Source: Arenicellales bacterium (lineage in GTDB: Bacteria; Pseudomonadota; Gammaproteobacteria; Arenicellales; JAJDZL01). Taken from it: 64,000 nt of DNA. The notes under the pieces were generated by a model. That model saw nothing but the letters and a program-made list of their open reading frames with translations. It made no database searches and had not been told where the DNA came from. Of the stretch, positions 56,991 through 64,000 are shown in pieces; positions within the stretch are counted from its first letter, which is position 1, and every line of letters begins with the position of its first letter. The position numbers and the translations under genes were made by a program. The DNA is taken from the NCBI GenBank assembly GCA_965262855.1, contig OZ253563.1, positions 546,328 to 610,327 on the forward strand. The letters are read 5' to 3'.

Positions 56991-59840
56991 CTACAATGTC
57001 TCAGGCTGAAAAATTTGGCTCAAGCATCGTCCTGTGTGAGATTCTTTCACTTTCGCTATCTGCTCAGGTGTTCCACTCGCTACGATTCTGCCACCTTCAT
57101 CGCCGCCTTCCGGCCCAAGATCGATAACCCAATCGGCAGTTTTTATTACTTCAAGATTGTGTTCGATGATAATGACTGAATTGCCTCGGTCGCGCAATTC
57201 CAGAATGACCGAAAGAAGCTGTTTGATATCTTCAAAATGCAATCCAGTAGTAGGTTCGTCCAGAAGATACAGAGTGTTTCCGGTGTCGCGCTTGGATAAT
57301 TCAAGAGATAGTTTCACGCGTTGTGCTTCACCTCCGGAGAGTGTGACGGCACTTTGTCCAAGCCGTAAATAGTCAAGTCCTACATTGCGCAGCGTTAGTA
57401 GCTTTCGTGCTATGTGTGTAACTACACTAAACAGTTCCAGTGCTTCGCCAACTGAAAGTTCGAGGATTTCGGCGATATTCAATCCTTTGTATCTGATTTC
57501 CAGCGTTTCACGGTTGTAGCGCGAACCTTGGCAGGTGTTGCAACGCACAAACATGTCGGGCAGAAAATGCATTTCTACACGAACCAGTCCATCTCCTTTA
57601 CAGGCTTCGCAGCGTCCTCCAGGAACATTGAACGAAAAGCGACCCGGTTTGTATCCGCGAGCACGTGCCTCCACAGTGCGGGAGAATAGGGTGCGGATAT
57701 CTCCAAACAGTCCTGTGTAGGTTGCTGGATTGGAACGCGGCGTGCGTCCGATCGGCTGTTGATCAATCCGTATGGTCTTGTCAATCTGGTCAAGACCAAT
57801 GATTGTGTCATGTTCGGCGGCAGTCAGCTTGGAGCGATTGATTCTGGAGTAAATTGCGGGATAGACTGTTTCGTTGATCAGTGTCGATTTTCCGGAGCCT
57901 GACACTCCAGTTACGCAGGTAAAGAGCCCTACAGGGATATTGACATTGATGTTTTTCAGATTGTTACCGCGGGCGCCTTCAATGCGCAGGATTCTGTCGA
58001 GGTCAAATGGTACTCTGACGAGTGGAATTGGTATTTCATTGTTTCCCGAGAGGTAGTTGCCAGTCAGAGATTCTCGACAATTTTCGATTTGATCGGGAGT
58101 GCCGACCGCAATGACGTGACCGCCGTCGGCTCCGGCTCCGGGTCCGAGATCAACGATAAAATCCGCATTTCGTATCGTTTTCTCATCATGCTCAACGATG
58201 ATCAGCGTGTTGCCCAAATCTCTCAGGCGATTCAAGGTATCAATTAGTTTCTGATTGTCTCGATCGTGCAGTCCTACGGATGGCTCATCCAGCACGTAAG
58301 TCACTCCAACCAGTCCGGAGCCGACCTGGGAAGCTAGTCTGATTCTCTGTAGTTCGCCGCTGGAAAGCGTGTTGGTTGCTCTTTCCAGTGCGACATAGGT
58401 CAATCCTACATCGGCGAGAAACTGAAGTCGATGGGCAATATCGCGAACAATTCTTTCCGCGATCGGCGTTTTCTGTTGATCATAGGTCATGGATCGAAAC
58501 AATTCAATCGCCTGGCTCACAGTTAGTTTGGTGATTTCGTAGATTGGAAGACTGTTAACGAACACATTTCGGGGACCGACGCTCAATCGAGCACCATTGC
58601 AACTGGAACACGGAAGAGTGACAAGATACATGGAAAGACTTTCTTTGACAGCTTCGGACGTAGATTCTCGAAGACGTCGTTCAAAATTTGGCATGACACC
58701 TTCAAAAGGTCGATGGCTGCGATAGGTTCGACCGTTGATGCTCAGATAACGCATTGAAATTTTCTCCTCTCCGCTGCCAAATAGCACAATATTCTGGATG
58801 TGTGAGGGGAGTTGGTTGAAAGGCTGATCAAGATCAAAATTGAAGTGTCTGGCAACCGATTGAAGCATGCTGAAATAGTAGGCATGACGAGTATTCCACT
58901 CTGCCAGTGCACCCGAGGAAATGCTGAGTGTGGAATCAACAATAATCTTGTTCACATCGAAGCTGGATATTTTGCCCAATCCGTTGCAGGTCTGACAAGC
59001 GCCTCGTGGATTATTGAATGAGAAAATTCTTGGTTCCAGTTCATCCAGAACGTAGCCACAATAGGGGCAGCCGTAGATTGAACTATAAAGAGTTCCGGTA
59101 GGCTCAATTGAGCCGTCAGATAAAATTTCGCAGCAAAGAACCAACCCATCTGACAGCTGGGTAGCAACTTCAACTGAATCCGCCAATCGCTGTCGAATAT
59201 CGCCGTTAATCACTAGGCGATCGACGACGACTTCGATTGTGTGATTCACATTTTTATCCAGCTTGGGCGTCTGTTCGATCTCATATACCTGTCCGTCAAT
59301 TCGCAAGCGTACATATCCGAGTTTGCTCAAATGCGCTACGGTCTGTTCATGTTCACCTTTGCGGTCTCGAACTACAGGGGAGACCAGTGCAAATCTCGAT
59401 TGTTCCGCTAGAGACATAATTTGATCTACGATTTCGCCGATTGATTTTGCAGCGAGAACGGTTTTGTGTTTCGGGCAGCGTGGTTCACCTGCACGAGCAT
59501 AGAGAAGCCGCAAGTAGTCATAGATCTCGGTGACCGTACCGACGGTTGAGCGTGGGTTAAAGCGGGTGGCCTGTTGGTGTATGCTGATTGCGGGTGACAG
59601 CCCTTCAATGGAATCAACATCGGGTTTGTCCATGATGGATAAAAAATGCCTGGCATAAGCAGACAGGGATTCCACATATCGCCGCTGACCTTCAGCATAA
59701 ATTGTGTCGTAAGCAAGCGATGACTTTCCGGAACCTGAAAGTCCGGTTATTACGTTGAGTTTATTGCGAGGAAGCTCAACGGTGATATTTTTCAAGTTGT
59801 GCGTTCGGGCGCCTCGGACGATGATATTTTCCGATTGCAT
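56991..59840 (-). CDS. uvrA: excinuclease ABC subunit A
   Basis: It has two ABC modules ([11 protein letters not shown] and [11 protein letters not shown]) and zinc-finger Cys pairs. I prefer the ATG at 59840 ([19 protein letters not shown]), which is preceded by AGGA, to the TTG at 59867. Confidence 0.95.
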   Translation of the reverse strand: MQSENIIVRGARTHNLKNITVELPRNKLNVITGLSGSGKSSLAYDTIYAEGQRRYVESLSAYARHFLSIMDKPDVDSIEGLSPAISIHQQATRFNPRSTVGTVTEIYDYLRLLYARAGEPRCPKHKTVLAAKSIGEIVDQIMSLAEQSRFALVSPVVRDRKGEHEQTVAHLSKLGYVRLRIDGQVYEIEQTPKLDKNVNHTIEVVVDRLVINGDIRQRLADSVEVATQLSDGLVLCCEILSDGSIEPTGTLYSSIYGCPYCGYVLDELEPRIFSFNNPRGACQTCNGLGKISSFDVNKIIVDSTLSISSGALAEWNTRHAYYFSMLQSVARHFNFDLDQPFNQLPSHIQNIVLFGSGEEKISMRYLSINGRTYRSHRPFEGVMPNFERRLRESTSEAVKESLSMYLVTLPCSSCNGARLSVGPRNVFVNSLPIYEITKLTVSQAIELFRSMTYDQQKTPIAERIVRDIAHRLQFLADVGLTYVALERATNTLSSGELQRIRLASQVGSGLVGVTYVLDEPSVGLHDRDNQKLIDTLNRLRDLGNTLIIVEHDEKTIRNADFIVDLGPGAGADGGHVIAVGTPDQIENCRESLTGNYLSGNNEIPIPLVRVPFDLDRILRIEGARGNNLKNINVNIPVGLFTCVTGVSGSGKSTLINETVYPAIYSRINRSKLTAAEHDTIIGLDQIDKTIRIDQQPIGRTPRSNPATYTGLFGDIRTLFSRTVEARARGYKPGRFSFNVPGGRCEACKGDGLVRVEMHFLPDMFVRCNTCQGSRYNRETLEIRYKGLNIAEILELSVGEALELFSVVTHIARKLLTLRNVGLDYLRLGQSAVTLSGGEAQRVKLSLELSKRDTGNTLYLLDEPTTGLHFEDIKQLLSVILELRDRGNSVIIIEHNLEVIKTADWVIDLGPEGGDEGGRIVASGTPEQIAKVKESHTGRCLSQIFQPETL

Positions 59841-60138
59841 CTTTAATTCCTGTGGAATTTTAGGCAAACCTAATATGTTACATTTACTGAGGTGAGATTC
59901 GCAATGTGTAGGGATAATTCGTCATCAACAGGTCACAAGTCGTGTGGCAATGTGCTTGCGAAGGCAATTTGTTGTTATGGGTTGTTCGATGTTAAGCAAT
60001 GATTTACTTGAGCGAATATTTTTCGAGTAACATTCGCAATAATATTTGACTCCCGGGCCTCCAGAAAACAGGTTGTTTTGAAATCTGTTGGCAAAGACGA
60101 GGATTAACACACTGAATTGAGGTTGCAAGTTACTCAGC

Positions 60139-61329
60139 GTGTCTGAGAACGGATTTACAAAATTTGAAAAGAAGTCAGTAAGTGCGCTGTCCGCCGTATT
60201 GGCGTTGCGTATGGTCGGACTTTTTCTGATTCTACCAGTACTGGCGTTGCATGCGACTGAGTTGGCCAACACGACACCATTTTTGATCGGTGTTGCGCTT
60301 GGCGTCTATGGTTTGACTCAGGCACTCTTGCAAGTGCCATTTGGCGCGGCATCCGATCAATGGGGCAGAAAGCCGGTTATCACGCTTGGACTGATCATCT
60401 TTGCCATCGGCAGCATCATCGCCGCCGAATCAAATTCCATATACGGCATAATCGCAGGCCGTGCACTACAGGGCGGCGGTGCCATAGCAGCGGTTGTGCT
60501 TGCGTTCGTTGGAGATTTGACACGTGAAAATCAACGCACCAAAGCCATGGCAATCATGGGTGTCACAATTGGATTCGCATTTACTCTTTCTCTGATGTTG
60601 GGTCCGCTTCTGGATAATTGGGCTGGAATTCGGGGACTGTTCTGGATCTCATGTGCGATGGCTGTAGCTGGCTTGCTTTTGGTTTGGCTGGTCGTGCCGC
60701 GTGAAGATTCATTCATCTCGCATGGCTCCAGCAGTGGTTCGGTTTCAGGATTCAGGCAAATCATTGTTAACAAAGATTTGCTTCGACTGTACGCAGGTAC
60801 ATTGACAATTCACGCAGTTCTGACCTCGTTGTTTCTGGCATTTCCAACCAAACTTGTAGAAGTATCGGAATTCACCCGGTCAGATACATGGAAGGTATTT
60901 GTGCCGGTACTGCTTCTTTCGTTTTTGGCGATGATTCCATTCATTCGCATGAGTTCCCGGAAGAATCGATCGCATGTCATGGTGATTACTGCAGCACTGA
61001 TGCTCCTTGCGGCGCAGTTCAGCCTTTTTGTAGGGGCCGGAAACCAGTCCGTAGGGTTTCTGATTTTCGGGCTTTGGCTGTTTTTTGTTGGTTTCAATAC
61101 ATTAGAGGCAATTTTCCCATCGACTACAATTGGAAGTGCACCTCATAACATGCGAGGAGCAGCCATGGGCGTTTTCAATACATGCACTTTTTCAGGTGCA
61201 TTTATCGGTGGAGTTTTAGGCGGGATTGTTTATGGCAGTTATGGTTCAAGTGGTGTATTCGTGTTTTCTGGAATTGCTATACTGCTATGGATTGCAGTTG
61301 CAATAATATTTCGCCCAATCGAGTCTTGA
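60139..61329 (+). CDS. MFS transporter
   Basis: The 396-aa product has about 12 hydrophobic segments and the motif [13 protein letters not shown] between TM2 and TM3. It sits between uvrA and ssb, as in Pseudomonas. It starts with GTG. Confidence 0.8.
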   Translation: MSENGFTKFEKKSVSALSAVLALRMVGLFLILPVLALHATELANTTPFLIGVALGVYGLTQALLQVPFGAASDQWGRKPVITLGLIIFAIGSIIAAESNSIYGIIAGRALQGGGAIAAVVLAFVGDLTRENQRTKAMAIMGVTIGFAFTLSLMLGPLLDNWAGIRGLFWISCAMAVAGLLLVWLVVPREDSFISHGSSSGSVSGFRQIIVNKDLLRLYAGTLTIHAVLTSLFLAFPTKLVEVSEFTRSDTWKVFVPVLLLSFLAMIPFIRMSSRKNRSHVMVITAALMLLAAQFSLFVGAGNQSVGFLIFGLWLFFVGFNTLEAIFPSTTIGSAPHNMRGAAMGVFNTCTFSGAFIGGVLGGIVYGSYGSSGVFVFSGIAILLWIAVAIIFRPIES

Positions 61330-61403
61330 AGTTTGATCACTTCGATACCAAATACGATGAGAGAATTGCCGAAAATACTATTAGCACAAAAGAGGATAGA
61401 ACC

Positions 61404-61871
61404 ATGGCGCGCGGTGTAAACAAAGTAACATTAATTGGACATCTGGGTGATGACCCGGAACAAAGACGTACCCAGAACGGCGGACTGGTAGTGAACCTGC
61501 GTATTGCCACCACTGAATATTGGAACGACGCAGAGACCCGAGAAAGAAAGGAGAAAACCGAGTGGCACCGTGTCGTAGTTTTTGGAAAACTGGCTGACAT
61601 CGCAGGTCAATATCTGCGAAAGGGGAGTTTGGTGTATATCGAGGGAAGACTACAGACGCGAAAATGGGAAGATACGCGTAGCGGCCAAACACGATACACG
61701 ACCGAGATTGTAGCAAGAGAATTAAATATGCTGGATTCGAGATCATCAGACAATCGGCCGAGTGCAGATTACGACCGTAGCGAGAGCGATTCCCAAAAAC
61801 CTGAAGCCGGGGGTGGTTCTACAGCTTCAACTGCGATCGCAGATGACCCGATTGAAGATATACCCTGGTAG
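61404..61871 (+). CDS. ssb: single-stranded DNA-binding protein
   Basis: The sequence is [40 protein letters not shown]... with an acidic C-terminal tip, DDPIEDIPW. The ORF-track start at 61182 overlaps the MFS gene, so I chose the ATG at 61404 after AGAGGA. Confidence 0.9.
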   Translation: MARGVNKVTLIGHLGDDPEQRRTQNGGLVVNLRIATTEYWNDAETRERKEKTEWHRVVVFGKLADIAGQYLRKGSLVYIEGRLQTRKWEDTRSGQTRYTTEIVARELNMLDSRSSDNRPSADYDRSESDSQKPEAGGGSTASTAIADDPIEDIPW

Positions 61872-61903
61872 TACTAAACTGCAGGAAGTGCTTGCAGCTG
61901 GAC

Positions 61904-62368
61904 TCATTCACCGAGTGCGTTTCTAGCACGTAATTTCGCCGCGATGTAGTCGGACTGAGGAATGTGAAGCAGTCCTTTGACTTTGCGCATTAAATGTTGC
62001 TCATGAGGGTCGAGACGCTGATCGCTCAATACGACTTTCCACATCTCTTCAATCAAGTTAATTTTTTCTTCATATTTCCAGTTATCGTTGATCAATTTCG
62101 TGATTTCATAAAGACACGTTGCATGATCAAGTTCATTTTGCGCAAGTCGGATGGTTTGTTCAATACTGTCTGGACTAATGCCGAGATGGGTCACAAGTGA
62201 CTGTTCTATTTGTCGGAGCTCTTCTTCATCAATTTTATTATCGGCCTGTGCTGCTTCGAGAAGAAGGGCAGTAGCAGCAAATGACGTCGCTTGCACTACA
62301 TCCGTTTGGGAGTTAGATTCTTCGACGATCAGTAAATTTTCCAATCGGTTCTTGATTACAGAAAACAC
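61904..62368 (-). CDS. TerB-like (tellurite-resistance TerB family) protein
   Basis: The 154-aa helical protein reads ...LLLEAAQADNKIDEEELRQIE... and ...MWKVVLSDQRLDPHEQHLMRKV..., which resembles TerB-like domains. The call is from memory. Confidence 0.55.
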   Translation of the reverse strand: MFSVIKNRLENLLIVEESNSQTDVVQATSFAATALLLEAAQADNKIDEEELRQIEQSLVTHLGISPDSIEQTIRLAQNELDHATCLYEITKLINDNWKYEEKINLIEEMWKVVLSDQRLDPHEQHLMRKVKGLLHIPQSDYIAAKLRARNALGE

Positions 62369-63085
62369 TATTTCATAATTACCATGATTAGCACGAATAG
62401 ACTCTTGGAAGCCATTTATGAATTTTATGTGGGATTACTACATAAATTCTAGGAAACAGCCACATTTAAGAGGTAATGCAGATTTAATTCAATGTGCAAA
62501 ATTATCGATCATTTGCAGAGCGACAGTCAATTTCAATGTCCGGCAGTGAGGGGACAAAGCGGAGTGAACGGTTTTCATTTCCTTCTGACAATTCAATCGC
62601 ACCGTACATTCTGTGCTCCGCTTGCCTGTTTGGTCAGAACGGCACCGGAAAGTAAACCTTAGTTGAGGCATTTAGTTATTATTGATTTTTTCAGAGGGAG
62701 TATGACTCGATGGCCGGAACATGCATTTGGACGAGCAGAAAGAAAAACGAAATAGGAAAGAACTGTGGAAGAAATCTACTACAGATAGTGCTCTCCATCT
62801 CTCAACTGCAACTCAACTGAATTCTACTCACTTGTGGTAAATTATTATAATTCCTCGTTCAAGGACTTCTAGCTATAAAAAATTTTCCAAGACATTTTGT
62901 CGATCGAAATACCTCGCAATTTTTTACTAATCGAATTTCCAACCCCAAACGATTGTGCAAACTGAATTCGTATCAATTCTGGTATATATACACTGTAACT
63001 TGAATTGTGTGGATCTAGCCGATTCGATCTATACATATTAAAGTAACATTGCAGGCGATTAAATTTTTGGGTGAATTGAAAGCAC

Positions 63086-64000
63086 ATGTCTATCCAAATT
63101 AACGAAGATCAAGTTACCAAAAAACGCAGAATCGGTGTTGTTGGTGTCGGACACATGGGTGCTTACCATGCGGGGCACTACGTCGCACATGAGAATGTGG
63201 AACTTGTCGGCGTTGTCGATATTGATGTTGACAAAGCGAAAGCCGTCGCCGCTTCTTGCAATTGTGCCTATTTCACAGATTCCAAAGAGTTAATCGGAAA
63301 GGTTGATGCTGTCAGTATTGTAGTACCTTCCTCCGCCCATCTTGAAGTCGCTGAAGTTTTTCTCTCAGAAGGCGTTCACGTTCTAATTGAGAAGCCACTG
63401 GCATCGACAGTAACGGAAGCAGAGCAAATTGTTGAGCTGGCAGATAAATTCAACACAAAACTTCTTGTAGGACATCAGGAGCGCTTCAATTCAGCCATTA
63501 TGGAACTGGTTGGACGAATAGAAACCCCAAAGTACATAGAGGCGCATCGAGAAGGACAGTTTGCTGGAAGAGGAGGGGATGTCGATGTCATCATTGACTT
63601 GATGATTCATGACATTGATCTGGTACTCGCACTGATCAAGCATCCTGTTGTATCGGTATCTGCGCTTGGTGCGTCAGTAGTAACTTCACACATTGATATC
63701 GTAAACGCTCGCCTGGAGTTTGAAAACGGCTCTTTTGCTAACGTAACCGCATCTCGCGCTTCCAATGAAAGAGTTCGAAGTTTCCAGGTATACACGCCAA
63801 GTCAGTATCTCAAACTTGACCTGTTGAATCAGACCATTAAGCTTATCCCAACCGGAAGTGACGCCCACAACGGCGGCAAAAATATCACGGTCGAAAAATC
63901 GATTGATGTCAAACCCAATCAAACCCTGAAGATGGAAATCAATCACTTTGTAGATATTCTGGAGAACGGCACTCCACCTTATGTGACTGGCGAAGATGGA
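63086..64000 (+). CDS. Gfo/Idh/MocA-family NAD(P)-dependent oxidoreductase; 3' end lies outside the window
   Basis: The frame is open from the ATG at 63086 to the window end, so it is absent from the ORF track. It has the Rossmann motif RIGVVGVGHMG and the family motif VLIEKPLA. Confidence 0.8.
   Translation, partial: MSIQINEDQVTKKRRIGVVGVGHMGAYHAGHYVAHENVELVGVVDIDVDKAKAVAASCNCAYFTDSKELIGKVDAVSIVVPSSAHLEVAEVFLSEGVHVLIEKPLASTVTEAEQIVELADKFNTKLLVGHQERFNSAIMELVGRIETPKYIEAHREGQFAGRGGDVDVIIDLMIHDIDLVLALIKHPVVSVSALGASVVTSHIDIVNARLEFENGSFANVTASRASNERVRSFQVYTPSQYLKLDLLNQTIKLIPTGSDAHNGGKNITVEKSIDVKPNQTLKMEINHFVDILENGTPPYVTGEDG

Noticed and set aside
59868-61403. A search for LexA (SOS) boxes near uvrA and ssb.
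   Set aside because: I found no CTGT-N8-ACAG-type palindrome in either upstream region by eye. The absence is not proven without a matrix scan.
62620-62660. The segment CTGTTTGGTCAGAACGGCACCGGAAAGTAAACC, which superficially resembles the conserved SRP (4.5S) RNA core.
   Set aside because: The GGAA does not sit in a closed tetraloop helix, and the flanking symmetric-loop sequences of 4.5S RNA are absent.

Overview
This is a chromosomal segment with gammaproteobacterial gene order. Spot counts of single 60-nt lines give about 45% GC; I did not compute a window-wide value. Most of it is conserved housekeeping genes, and several blocks match Pseudomonas or E. coli neighbourhoods: pcnB-folK; trpS-scpA-scpB-rluB; gph-ubiG-mtaD diverging from gyrA-pheA-hisC-tyrA-aroA-cmk-rpsA-ihfB-lapA-lapB; a methylthio-nucleoside phosphorylase, a CsiV-like gene and mfd; ispD-ispF; trxB next to ftsK-lolA-rarA-serS; lpdA-aceF and aceE; uvrA, an MFS gene and ssb. 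There is one tRNA-Glu(CUC). I saw no rRNA, CRISPR array, prophage or recognisable defence or toxin-antitoxin module.

Accessory content is of two kinds.

1. Three intact insertion sequences from three different families:
- An IS1634-like element (6140-8130) is much more GC-rich than the host. It is flanked by a perfect 171-bp duplication of the rluB 3' end.
- An IS4-family element (25155-26501) has a 9-bp target-site duplication (TSD) and lies 97 bp upstream of nirK.
- An IS1380-like element (34946-36633) has a 5-bp TSD and sits in the trxB-ftsK spacer.

2. A 6.6-kb co-directional gene block (47611-54184) separates aceE from aceF inside the pyruvate dehydrogenase cluster. It encodes a PhyH-type dioxygenase, a DctPQM TRAP transporter, a 106-aa orphan protein, PanB, a 59-aa membrane micro-ORF and a membrane fatty-acid-hydroxylase-type enzyme.

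The PDH-embedded block is the best candidate for an undescribed functional unit. However, every part belongs to a known family, and the functional link between them is my inference only. I found nothing I can defend as a wholly new system.
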